A stretch of 64,000 nucleotides of DNA, taken from NCBI GenBank assembly GCA_038087875.1, contig JAXLNO010000705.1, positions 1 to 64,000 on the forward strand, given 5' to 3'. The DNA comes from Malacoraja senta. Lineage: Eukaryota. Below are positions 11,258 to 23,100 of the stretch, piece by piece. Numbering within the stretch: the first letter of the stretch is position 1; each line of letters opens with the position of its first letter. The position numbers and the translations under genes were made by a program. Under the pieces are notes generated by a model that was not told where the DNA came from, did not search any database, and saw only the letters and a program-made list of their open reading frames with translations.

Positions 11258-12238
11258 CTCCGTCTATGCCGCATCTGCACCCAGGATGAGGTGTTCCAAA
11301 CCAGGGCATTGGAGATGTCCTCATTCTTTAGGGAACGGGGGTTCCCCTCTTCGACTATCGATGAGGCTCCACCAGGGTCTCTTCTATACCCCGTGACTAT
11401 GCTCTCACTCCCCATCCGCTCACTCGTAACAAGGGCAGAGTCCCCCTTGTCCTCACCTTCCACCCCACCAGCCGTCACATATAACAGATAATCCTCCGAC
11501 ATTTTCGCCACCTCCAACGGGATCCCACCGCTGGCCACATCTTCCCATCTCCTCAACTTTCGGCTTTCCGCAGAGACCGCTCCCTCCATAATTCCCTGGT
11601 CAATTTGTCCTTTCCCACCCAAACCACCCCCTCCCCTGGTATTTTCCCTTGCAACCGCAGGAAATGCTACACTTGTCGCTTCACCTCCCCCCTTGACTCC
11701 ATTCAATGACCTAAGCAGTCTTTCCAGGTGCAGCAGAGGTTCACCTGTACCTCCTCCAACCTCATCTATTGCATCCGCTGCTCTGGGTGTCAGCTGCTCT
11801 ACATCGGTGAGACCAAGCGTAGGCTTGGCGATCGTTTCGCCCAACACCTCCGCTCGGTCCACAATAACCAACCTGATCTCCCGGTGGCTCAGCACTTCAA
11901 CGCCCTCTCCCATTCCGAACCGACCTTTCTGTCCTGGGCCTCCTCCACGACCAGAGTGAGTCCCACCGCAAATTGGAGGAGCAGCACCTTGGGCAGTTTA
12001 CAACCCAGCAGTATGAACATTGACTTCTCCAATTTCACGTGGTCCTTGCTTTCTCCCTCTTTCCCCTCCCCTTCCCAGCTCTCCCGCAGCCCACTGTCTC
12101 CGCCTCTTCCTTTCTTCTCCCCGCCCCCGCCACCCCCACATCAGTCTGAAGAATGGCCTCGACCCCGAAACATCACCTATTCCTTCGTTCCATAGTTGCT
12201 GCCTCACCCGCTGAGTTTCTCCAGCATTTTTGTCTACC
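11258..12238 (+). mobile_element. Penelope-like retroelement 3' fragment (RT thumb, GIY-YIG endonuclease, pLTR)
   Basis: LRRICTQDEVF, VPLVLTFHP, FPCNRRKCYTC, LIYCIRC..C.LLYIGETKRRLGDRF..H; 10-bp TSD TTCAACTTAA at 11248-11257 and 12239-12248. Confidence 0.92.
11728..12030 (+). pseudogene. GIY-YIG endonuclease domain of the Penelope-like element (frameshifted)
   Basis: LIY...YIGET..R...R...H...VAQHFN signature. Confidence 0.85.
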
Positions 12239-12948
12239 TTCAACTTAATAAAGATCACTTTGTGTAGCAGCAAGTGTCTAACTATATTGGTGACCCCGAC
12301 GATCGAAAACGGTTATTTTGGATATGAAAATTGGAAGCAGCCAACGCTCAACGCGAAGTTGCTGCTGATACGGCCCAGCAGAATGCTGTCACTCTTAAGC
12401 TGCCCGTGTTCTGGACATCGCAGCCCCAAATGTGGCTTAGGGGTGTGCCCTGTGATATATATAAAACTATAGGAGGTACGGTGAAAAGCTTTTGTTGCGA
12501 GTTAACCAGCCAGCGGAACGACAATACATGATTACAATCGAGCCGTTTACAGTGTAGAGATACATGATAAGGGAATAACGTTTAGTGCAACATAAAGCCA
12601 GCAAAGTCCAATCAAGGATAGTATGAGTGTCTCCAGTGAGGCAGATAGTAGTTCGGCGCTGCTCTCTGGTTGTGGTAGGATGGTTCAGTTGGCTGATAAC
12701 AGCTGGGATATGAGGTGCTTTTCCTCCAATTTGCGCTGGGCCTCACTCTAACAGTGGAGGAGGCCCAGGACAGAATGGTCAGTGTGGGAATGGGAAGGGG
12801 AGTTAAAATGTTTGGCAACTGGGAGATCGCGTTGGACACAGCCAACAATGGACCATTGTGAACTCCGTTCCTTGATCATGGTTACTTTTTGCATATCTTC
12901 CATTCACTTGGCCTAGACCTCTCGTTTCCCTCTCCCCTGACTCTCAGT

Positions 12949-12976
12949 CTGAAGAAAGGTCTCGACCCGAAACGTC
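12949..12976 (+). ncRNA. Hammerhead-ribozyme-like core in a Penelope pLTR
   Basis: CTGAAGA-A-AGGTctcgACCC-GAAA-CG-TC; helix I is only ~2 bp. Confidence 0.5.
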
Positions 12977-13102
12977 ACCCATTCCTTCTCTCCAGAGATG
13001 CTGCCTGTCCCGCTGAGTTACTCCAGCATTCTGTGTTGATTGGAGTAAGTTTGTTTGCAGGAATAGGACCATCTGGAAAGTGGGATGTGTTTTAAAGTGC
13101 GC

Positions 13103-13475
13103 TCATAGAGTGATACAGTGTGGAAACAGGCCCTTCGGCCCAACTTGCCCACACCGGCCAACAATGTCCCAGCTACACTAGTCATTAAGTGATACAGTGT
13201 GGAAACAGGCACTTCGGCCCAACTTGCCCACACTGACCTAACAATGTCCCAGCTACACTAGTCATAAAGTGATACAGTGTGGAAACAGGCACTTCAGCCC
13301 AACTTGCCCACACCGGCCAACAATGTCTCAGCTATATTAGTCATAGAGTGATACAGTGTGGAAACAGGCCCTTCGGCCCAACTTGACCACACCGGCCAAC
13401 AATGTCCCAGCTACACTAGTCATAGAGTGATACAGTGTGGAAACAGGCCATTCAGCCCAACTTGCCCACACCGGC
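13103..13475. repeat. 79-80 bp tandem array (~4.7 copies) of a CR1 3'-tail sequence
   Basis: Unit starts at 13103, 13182, 13262, 13341 and 13420; an inverted copy lies at ~13517-13600. Confidence 0.93.
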
Positions 13476-13951
13476 AGGGGCACTGGAGTGATATGGACCA
13501 AACTCATGCAGGTGGGACTAGTGTAGCTGGGACATGTTGGCCAGTGTGGGCGAGTTGGGCCGAAGGGCCTGTTTCCACGCTGTATCACTCTATGACTATG
13601 ACTGACCAACATTTCCCACCTACACTAGTCCCACTTGCCTGCGTTTGTCCATATACCTCTAAACCTGTCCTATCCATGGACCTGCACCATAGAAACATAG
13701 AGAGGCCCTGGGACCGTTGCAGGAGGAGGAGCCAAACACTGCAACGTTCCATTCAAGTTTCCCATAAGTGAGGAAGCCGCTGTTGGTGGAAGAGGACCAA
13801 GAGGAAGCAGCTGATTGGGAGTCAGATCCCTGCTGATTTCCTCCACCAGTTTGTATTATATCCAGGGTAAGGCTTTGTATTGTATCCAGGGTAAGGCTTT
13901 GTATTGTATCCAGGGTAAGGCTTGGTATTGTATCGTGGGTAAGGGGGGAGA

Positions 13952-14850
13952 ATGAGGGCCAGGGCAGTTTACTGTTCTGGATGTCAGATGTGGGAGGTCA
14001 TGGAGTCTGATAGCCCTCCAGACGTCCACATCTGTGTGAGGTGCGTAGAGATGGGGTTCCTAAGGGACCGTGTTAGGAACCTGGAGCAGCAGCTCGATGA
14101 CCTCTGTCTGATCAGGGAGAGGGAGGAGGTCATAGAAAGGAGTTATAGGGAGGTGGCCACTCCAAGACCACGGGAGGCAGACAAGTGGGTCACGGTTAGG
14201 AAGGGCAAGGGGCAGAGGCAGGGACTAGTGAGTACCCCGGTGGCTGTACACCTTGAAAATAAGTACTCCTGTTTGAGTACTGTTGGGGGGGACAGCCTTC
14301 CTGGGGGGAGCGACAGCTCAGAAGGGTAGGGAAAAGAAGAGGAGGGCAATAGTAATAGGGGACTCTATGGTTAGGGGGTCAGATAGGCGATTCTGTGGAC
14401 GCAGTCAGGAGACCCGGATGGTAGTTTGCCTCCCTGGTGCCAGGGTCAGGGATGTGTCTGAACGCGTCCAAGATATCCTGAAATCGGAGGGAGAGGAGCC
14501 TGAGGTTGTGGTACATATAGGTACCAATGACATAGGCAGAAAAAGAAAAGAGGTCCTGAAAGGAGAATTTAGGGAGTTGGGAGGAGAGTTAAAGTGAAGG
14601 TCCGGAAAGGTAACAATCTCAGGATTACTGCCTGTGCCACGCGACAGTGAGAGTAGGAATGAAATGAGGTGGAGGATAAATGCGTGGCTGAGGAACTGGT
14701 GCAGCGGGCAGGGATTCAAATTTCTGGATCATTGGGACCTCTTTTGGGGAAGGTGTGACCTGTACTGAAAGGACGGGTTGCATTTGAACCCGAGGGGAAC
14801 CAATATCCTGGCGGGGAGATTTGCAAAGGCTACTGGGGAGACTTTAAACT
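13952..14850 (+). pseudogene. CR1 ORF1: zinc finger, coiled coil and SGNH esterase
   Basis: CSGC...CVRC, LRDRVRNLEQQLDDL, IGDSMVR, GTND, DGLHL; frameshift near 14325 and stops. Confidence 0.9.
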
Positions 14851-14857
14851 AGAACGG

Positions 14858-17797
14858 TTGGGGGGAGGGACTCAAATAGAGAAAGATAGTAGAAAATGTG
14901 GGAGGCAGGAGGCAGAGAAGGGAAGCACTCAGACCCAAAATCTGGGGGAGAAAGAAGAAAAAGTTAATAAACAGAGAATAAGTGGTGGTGGGTTTCTTAA
15001 ATGTGTATATTCTAATGCTAGGAGCATTGTAAGAAAGGTGGATGAGCTTAGAGTCTGGATTGACACCTGGAAGTATGATGTTGTGGCGATCAGTGAAACA
15101 TGGTTGCAGGAGGGCTGTGATTGGAAACTAAATATTCCAGGATTTCGTTGCTTCAGGGGTGATAGAATTGGAGGGGCAAGGGGTGGGGGTGTTGCATTGC
15201 TTGTCAAGGAAGATATTACAGCAGTGCTTTGGCAGGATAGATTAGAGGGCTCGTCTAGGGAGGCTATTTGGGTGGAGCTGAGAAATGGGAAAGGTGTAGC
15301 AACACTTATAGGGGTGTATTATAGACCGCCAAATGGGGAGCGAGAATTGGAAGAGCAAATATGTAAGGAGATAGCAGATATTAGTAGTAAGCACAAGGTA
15401 GTGATTGTGGGAGATTTCAATTTTCCACACAAAGACTGGGAAACACATTCTGTAAAAGGGCTGGATGGTTTGGAATTTGTAAAATGTGCGCAGGATAGTT
15501 TTTTGCAGCAATACATAGAGGTACCTACTAGAGAAGGGGCAGTGCTGGACCTCCTGTTAGGAAATGAGACAGGGCAGGTGGCGGAGGTAAGCGTCGGGGA
15601 GCACTTCGGGTCCAGTGATCACAATACCATTAGTTTCAATATAATTATGGAGAGGGTCAGAACTGGACCTAGGGTTGAGATTTTTGATTGGAGAAAGGCT
15701 AACTTTGAGGAAATGCGAAAGGATTTAAAAGGAGTGAATTGGGACATGTTGTTTTATGGGAAGGATATAGAAGAGAAATGGAGGACATTTAAAGGTGAAA
15801 TTTTAAGAGTACAGAATCTTTATGTCCCTGTTCGGTTGAAAGGAAATAGTAAAAATTGGAAAGAGCCATGGTTTTCAAGGGAAATTGGACACGGTTTAGA
15901 AAAAGAGAGAGCTACAATAATTATAGGCAGCATGGAGTAAATGCGGTGCTTGAGGAGTATAAAGAATGTAAAAAGAATATTAAGAAATAAATTAGAAAAG
16001 CTAAAAGAAGATATGAGGTTGCTTTGGCGGGTAAGGTGAAAGTAAATCCAAAGGGTTTCTACAGCTATATTAATAGCAAAAGGATAACAAGGAATAAAAT
16101 TGGTCCAATAGAGAGTCAGAGTGGACAGCTATCTGCAGAGCCAAAAGAGATGGGGGAGTTATTGAACAATTTCTTTTCTTCGGTATTCACCAAGGAGAAG
16201 GATATGGAATTATGTGAGGTAAGGGAAACAAGCAGAGTAGCAATGGAAACTATGAGATTCAAAGAAGAGGAGGTGCGGACACTTTTGAAAAATATGAAAA
16301 CAGATAAGTCTCCAGGTCCTGACAGGATATTCCCGAGGACATTGAGGGAAGTTAGTGTAGAAATAGCAGGGGCTATGACAGATATATTTCAAATGTCATT
16401 AGAAACGGGAATAGTGCCGGAGGATTGGTGTACTGCGCATGTTGTTCCGTTGTTTAAAAAGGGTTCTAAGAGTAAACCTAGCAATTATAGACCTGTTAGT
16501 TTGACGTCAGTTGTGGGCAAATTAATGGAAAGGATACTTAGAGCTAATATATATAAGCATCTGGATAAGCAGGGACTGATTAGGAACAGTCAACATGGAT
16601 TTGTGCCTGGAAGGTCATGTTTGACTAATCTTCTAGAATTTTTCGAAGAGGTTACTAGGGAAATTGATGAGGGTAAAGCAGTGGATGTTGTCTATTTGGA
16701 CCAGTAAGGCCTTTGACAAGGTTCCTCATGGAAGGTTGGTTAAGAAGATTAAATTGTTGGGTATTAATGGTGGAGTAGCAAGATGGATTCAACAGTGGCT
16801 GAATGGGAGATGCCAGAGAGTAATGGTGGATGGCTGTTTGTCAGGTTGGAGGCCGGTGACTAGTGGGGTGCCTCAGGGGTCTGTGTTGGGTCCACTGTTG
16901 TTTGTCATGTACATCAATGATCTGGATGATGGTGTGGACAATTGGATTAGTAAGTATGCAGATGATACTAAGTTAGGTGGTGTGGTGGATAATGAAGTAG
17001 ATTTTCAAAGTCTACAGAGAGATTTAGGCCATTTGGAAGAGTGGGCTGAAAGATGGCAGATGGAGTTTAATGCTGATAAATGTGATGTACTACATCTCGG
17101 CAGGACAAATCAAAATAGGACGTACATGGTAAATGGTAGAGAATTGAGGAATGCAGTTGAACAGAGGGATCTAGGAATAACTGTGCATAGTTCCCTGAAG
17201 GTGGAATCTCATGTAGATAGGGTGGTAAAGAAAGCTTTCGGTGTGCTGGCCTTTATAAATCAGAGCATTGAATATAGAAGTTGGGATGTAATGTTAAAAT
17301 TGTACAAGGCATTGGTGAGGCCAATTCTGGAGTATGGAGTACAATTTTGGTCGCCTAATTATAGGAAGGATGTCAACAAAATAGAGAGAGTACAGACGAG
17401 ATTTACTAGAATGTTGCCTGGGTTTCAGCAGCTAAGTTACAGAGAAAGGTTGAACAAGTTAGGTCTTTATTCTTTGGAGCGCAGAAGGTTAAGAGGGGAC
17501 TTGATAGAAGTCTTTAAAATTATGAGCGGGTTAGACAGAGTTGACGTGGATAAGTTTTTTCCATTGAGAGTAGGGAAGATTCAAACAAGGGGACATGACT
17601 TGAGAATTAAGGGACAGAAGTTTAGGGGGAACATTAGGGGGAACTTCTTTACTCAGAGAGTGGTAGCTGTGTGGAATGAGCTTCCAGTGGAAGTGGTGGA
17701 GGCTGGTTCGATTTTATCCTTTAAAAATAGATTGGATGGGTATATGGACGGGAAAGGAATGGAGGGTTATGGTCTGAGTGCAGGTAGATGGGACTAG
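14858..17797 (+). pseudogene. CR1 ORF2: AP endonuclease plus reverse transcriptase, two frameshifts
   Basis: [39 protein letters not shown]; split over ORFs 14858..15940, 16024..16707 and 16664..17797. Confidence 0.95.
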
Positions 17798-18269
17798 GGG
17801 GAAGTATTTATTTACAAACAAAAAAAACACACAAAAAACACAAAAAAAACAACAACAAAAAATGTTCGGCACGGACTTGAAGGGCCGAGATGGCCTGTTT
17901 CCCTGCTGTAATGGTTATATGGTTAAACATAGAAAATAGGTGCAGGAGGAGGCCATTTGGCCCTTTGAGCCAGCACCGCCATTCATTGTGATCATGGCTG
18001 ATCGTCCCCTATCAATAACCCGTGCCTGCCTTCTCCCCATATCCCTTGACTCCACTAGCCCCTAGAGCTCTATCTAACTCTCTCTGAAATCCATCCAGTG
18101 ATTTGGCCTCCACTGCCCTCTGTGCCTTCGTTCCATGAAGCCAATTTTCTATCCATTCCACATTCTCTCCTTGAATTCCATACGATCTAACCTTTGCGCG
18201 GCATGGTGGCGCGGCGGTAAAGTTACAGCGCCGGGTACCCGGGTATGATCCAGACTACAGGTGCTGTTT

Positions 18270-18790
18270 AGTCTAGTTTAGAGATACAGCACGGGAACAG
18301 GCCCTTCGGCCCACCGGGTCCGCACCAACCAGCGATCCCCGCACACTAACACTATCCTTCACACACTAGGGACAATAAATATTTACACCAAGCCAATTAA
18401 CCTTCAAACCTGCACGTCTTTGGAGTGTGGGAGGAAATCGAAAATCTCGGAGAAAACCCACGCAGGTCACGGGGAGAACGTACAAACTCCGTACAGACAG
18501 CACCCGTAGTCGGGATCGAACACGGGTCTCTGCCGCTGCATTTGCTGTAAGGTAGCAACTCTACCGCTGCGCCATCGTGACTGTGTGTACGGAGTTTGTA
18601 TGTTCTCCTTGTGACCACACTGGTTTTCTCCGGGTGCTCCGGATTCCTCTCACACTCCAAAGACGTATGGGTTTGTAGGTTAATTGGCTTGGCAAAAATT
18701 GTAAATTGTCCCTAGTGCTAGTGTGCAACGAATTGCTGGTCGGCACGGACTAGGTGGGCCGACGGGCCTGTTCCCGCGCTGTATCCCAAA
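18270..18790. mobile_element. Adjacent HE1-like SINEs (minus 18270-18581; plus partial 18582-18790)
   Basis: A/B boxes, core and tails in opposite orientations. Confidence 0.8.
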
Positions 18791-19134
18791 ACTGTCGGAG
18801 ATTATGCGGAGAAGACAGGAGAATGGAGTTAGGAGGGAGAGATATATCATCCATTATGGAATTGCGGAGCAGACTTGAAGGGCCAAATGGCCTATTTCTG
18901 CTCCTGTCACTTATGAACTTAACCTAAACTTCAGCACCTCGTCGAATGCCTTGCTGAAATCCATGTATACAACGTCTCCAGCTCTGCCCTCGTCGACCTT
19001 TTGTGGCAAAGTCCCGTAAGTTGAAGTTTCTCCTGCAGACAGATGGTTCTTGTTTCAGTGTTCCGAAACAACGCAAGGGTCTGGCGATATGACAAAAAAC
19101 TCTTTCTTGCCCTTGTCCATCACAACTCATGAAA

Positions 19135-19672
19135 GGCGAGAGGGCGGCAGGAGCCACGGCGGCAGTGGGAGCCTTGGCAGGATCCTCGCAGCACGGGAGC
19201 CTCACAGCAACGGGTGCCTCGGCGGCAGTGGGAGCCTCAACAGCGGCGGCGGGAGCCTCAACGGTGGCAGCAGGAGCCTCGACGGCAGTGGGAGCCTCGG
19301 CGGCAGCAGGAGCCTCGGCGACAACGTGGTCCTCAGTGGCGATCGGGCCTCGCGGTCGATGAGCGTGAGGGGGGGAAGGGAAGGGCAATGGGGACCCGGT
19401 GTGGGGGGACCGCCATGAGGGACGGTGGGGTGGGAGGGGGGGGAGCACCCTAGTTTAGAATCCTCTGCGCAGGGGATAAGTGTTTGTTTGCTTGTTTGTT
19501 TGTTCATTTGTTCCAGTGAAGGCGCTGTGAACACGGCAGGCAGCCAACAGTTGCTTGTCCTTTTCTTTCTGTTTTCACTTTTAATTTCAATTTTTTGTGT
19601 GCCTTGTGCGTTGTGAATGTCGGCAGAACAATATCCCTCCGGGGATGAATAAAGTTTTACCGTATCGGATCA
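19135..19672 (+). mobile_element. GC-rich non-coding retroposon with an 18/21-bp minisatellite and Rex1-like tail
   Basis: GGCGGCAGTGGGAGCCTC-type units 19143-19322; tail CCCTCCGGGGATGAATAAAG. Confidence 0.5.
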
Positions 19673-20184
19673 TAAACATACTGTCTTCTCCATGGATCTG
19701 GCGGCGGGTGGGGGCATGAAGTCCGTCCGCCCGCCCGCCCGTTGGAAATGGAATGGCGATTATATTTAGACGTGTGAGATTGGAGAATGGAAATATAAAA
19801 TCCAGGAAACTCCCTGGCCACCGGCCAAACTTCCCCACGCTCCAGTGACAATGAGTCAACAACATGACCTGCTCAGTTCTGGGTTCAATCGCAGTGCAAG
19901 ACAGTTCAAGCCAGACACCATGGCCTCCACACAGCTCCAAAAGGCACTGAGCCTCTACTCCAGGGGTGGGCAACCTTGTTCAGCCTAGAGGCCGGGACGC
20001 ATGTCTGTGAGCGGATGGCGGGCCACATCTATCACATGTACACATGGATCCCGCCCCGGATGGCAGGCATCAAATCACGTGTTCACATAGATCCCGCCCC
20101 TTCGAGGACGCCACCGGGAGCACTGGCCCCCTAGTTACGGGCGTTCACCAACATGGCGCACCTATGGACCATTGCCTTGGCTCT

Positions 20185-23100
20185 GACAATAGACAATAGA
20201 CAATAGGTGCAGGAGTAGGCCATTCGGCCCCTCGAGCCGGCACCGCCATTCAATGTGATCATGGCTGATCATCCCCAATCAGTACCCCGTTCCTGCCTTC
20301 TCCCCATATCCCCTGACTCCACTATTTTTAAGAGCCCTATCTAGCTCTCTCTTGAAAGCATCCAGAGAGCCTGCCTCCACCGCCTTCTGAGGCAGAGAAT
20401 TCCACTGACTCACCACTCTCTGTGAGAAAAAGTGTTTCCTCGTCTCCGTTCTAAATGGCTTACTCCTTATTCTTAAACTGTGGCCCCTGGTTCTGGACTC
20501 CCCCAACATCGGGAACATGTTTCCTGCCTCTAGCGTGTCCAAAGCCTTAACAATCTTATATGTTTCAATGAGAACCCTCTCATCCTTCTAAACTCCAGAG
20601 TGTACAAGCCCAGCTGCTCCATTCTCTCAGCATATGACAGTCCGGCCACCTTGTAAACTTACGCTGCACGCCCTCAATAGCAAGAATGTCCTTCCTCAAA
20701 TTAGGAGACCAAAACTGCACACAATTCTCCAGGTGTGGTCTCACTAGGCCTCTGTACAACTGCAGAAGGACCTCTTTGCTCCTATATTTGATTCCTCTTG
20801 ATATAAAGGCCAACATGCTATTTGCTTTCTTCACTGCCTGCTGTACCTGCATGCTTACTTTCATAGACTGATGTACAAGGACCCCCCGATCCCGTTGTAC
20901 TTCCCCTTTTCCCAATTTGATGCCATTATATAGTAATCTGCCTTCCTGTTTTTGCTACCAGTGGATAACCTCACATTTATCCGCATAAAACTTCATCTGC
21001 CATGCATCTGCCCACTCCCCCAACCTGTCCAAGTCACCCTGCATTCTCATAGCATCCTCCTCACAGTTCACTCTGCCACACAGCTTTGTGTCATCTGCAA
21101 ATTTGCTAATGTTACTTTGAATCCCTTCATCCAAAGCATTGATGTATATTGTAAATAGCTGCGGTCCCAGAACTGAGCCTTGCGGTACCACACTAGTCAC
21201 TGCCTGCCATTCTGCAAGGGACCCGTTAATCCCTACTCTTTGTTTCCTGTCTGCCAACCACTTCTCTATCCATGTCAGCACTCAACCCCTAATACCATGA
21301 GCCCTAATTTTGCCCACTAATCTCCTATGTGGGACCTTATCAAATGCTTTCTGAAAGTCCAGGTACACTACATCCACTGGCTCTCCCTTGTCCATTTTCT
21401 TGTTACATCTTCAAAAAATTCCAGAAGATTAGTCAAGCATGATTTCCCCTTCGTAAATCCATGCTGACTCGGACCGATCCTATTTCTGCTACCCAAATGT
21501 TCGGCTATTTCATCTTTTATAATTGACTCCAGCATCTTCCCCACCACCGATGTCAGGCTAACTGGTCTATAATTCCCTGTTTTCTCTCTCCCGCCTTTCT
21601 TAAAAAGTGGGATAACATTAGCTACCCTCCAATCCACAGGAACTGATCCTGAGTCTATAGAACATTGGAAAATTATCACCAATGCATCCACGATTTCTAG
21701 AGCCAATTCCTTAAGTACCGTGGGATGCAAATCAGGCCCTGGGGATTTATCAGCCTTCAGTGCCATCAGTCTATCCAACACCATTTGCTGCCTAATGTTG
21801 ATTTCCTTCCGTTCCTCCGTCACCCCAGATCCTCTGGCCACTACTATATCAGGAAGATTGTTTGTGTCCTCCTTAGTGAAGATAGATCCAATGTACCTGT
21901 TCAACTCATCTGCCATTTCCTTGTTCCCCATAATAAATTCACCTTTTTCAGTCTTCAAGTGTCCAACTTTGGTCTTAACTATTTTTTTCCTCTTCATATA
22001 CCTAAAGAAGCTTTTACTATCCTGCTTTATATTAGAAACATAGAAACATAGAAAATAGGTGCAGGAGTAGGCCATTCGGCCCTTCGAGCCTGCACCGCCA
22101 TTCAATATGATCATGGCTGATCATCCAACTCAGTATCCCATCCCTGCCTTCTCTCCATACCCCCTGATCCCTTTAGCCACAAGGGCCACATCTAACTCCC
22201 TCTTAAATATAGCCAATGAACTGGCCTCAACTACCTTCTGAGGCAGAGAATTCCACAGATTCACCACTCTGTGTAAAAAATGATTTTCTCATCTCGGTCC
22301 TAAAAGACTTCCCTCTTATCCTTAAACTGTGACCCTTAGTTCTGGACGTCCCCAACATCGGGAATAATCTTCCTGCATCTAGCCTGTCCAACCCCTTAAG
22401 TATTTTGTAAGTTTCTATAAGATCCCCCCTCAATCTTCTAAATTCTAGCGTGTACAAGCCGAGTCTATCCAGTCTTTCTTCATATGAAAGTCCTGCCATC
22501 CCAGGAATCAGTCTGGTGAACCTTCTCTGTACCCCCTCTATGGCAAGAATGTCTTTCCTCAGGTTAGGAGACCAAAACTGTACGCAATACTCCAGGTGTG
22601 GTCTCACCAAGACCCTGTACAACTGCAGTAGAAGCTCCCTGCTCTTATACTCAAATCCTTTTGCTATGAATGCTAACATACCATTTGCTTTCTTCACTGC
22701 CTGCTGCACCTGCATGCCTACTTTCAATGACTGGTGTACCATGACACCCAGGTCTCGTTGCATCTCCCCTTTTCCTAATCGGCCACCATTCAGATAATAG
22801 TCTACTTTCCTGTTTTTGCCACCAAAGTGGATAACCTCACATTTAACCACATTATACTGCATCTGCCATGCATTTGCCCACTCACCAACCTATCCAATTC
22901 ACCTTGCAGCCTCCTAGCATCCTCCTCACAGCTAACACTGCCCCCCAGCTTCGTGTCATCTGCAAACTTGGAGATGTTGCATTCAATTCCCTCATCCAGC
23001 TCATTAATATATATTGTAAATAGCTGGGGTCCCAGCACTGAGCCTTGCGGTATCCCACTCATCACTGCCTGCCATTCTGAAAAGGACCCGTTTACTCCTA

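Larger units (their letters stand above)
11133..12440 (+). mobile_element. Gypsy-type LTR retrotransposon 5' relic (LTR + PBS + gag start), split by a Penelope insertion
   Basis: TG start 11133; AATAAA 12247; PBS TGGTGACCCCGACG 12288-12301 complementary to the tRNA-Trp 3' end; gag-like AVTLKLPVFWTSQPQMW. Confidence 0.8.
13702..17924 (+). mobile_element. Full-length CR1 LINE (HER1-like), inactivated
   Basis: 5'UTR, ORF1, ORF2 (APE + RT), 3'UTR sharing the SINE tail, (TGGTTATA) end; flanking AAACATAGA 13693-13701 / 17925-17933. Confidence 0.95.

Noticed and set aside
11254..11913. 219-aa minus-strand ORF
   Set aside because: Antisense frame of the Penelope-like element.
13103..13475. CRISPR-like regular repeats (also 2873-3210 and 28167-28271)
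   Set aside because: Units are contiguous tandem copies with no unique spacers, there are no cas genes, and the context is eukaryotic.
18924..19448. Ala-rich antifreeze- or mucin-like ORFs on both strands
   Set aside because: They arise from a stop-free 18/21-bp GC minisatellite inside a retroposon and are open in several frames; no splice or promoter context.
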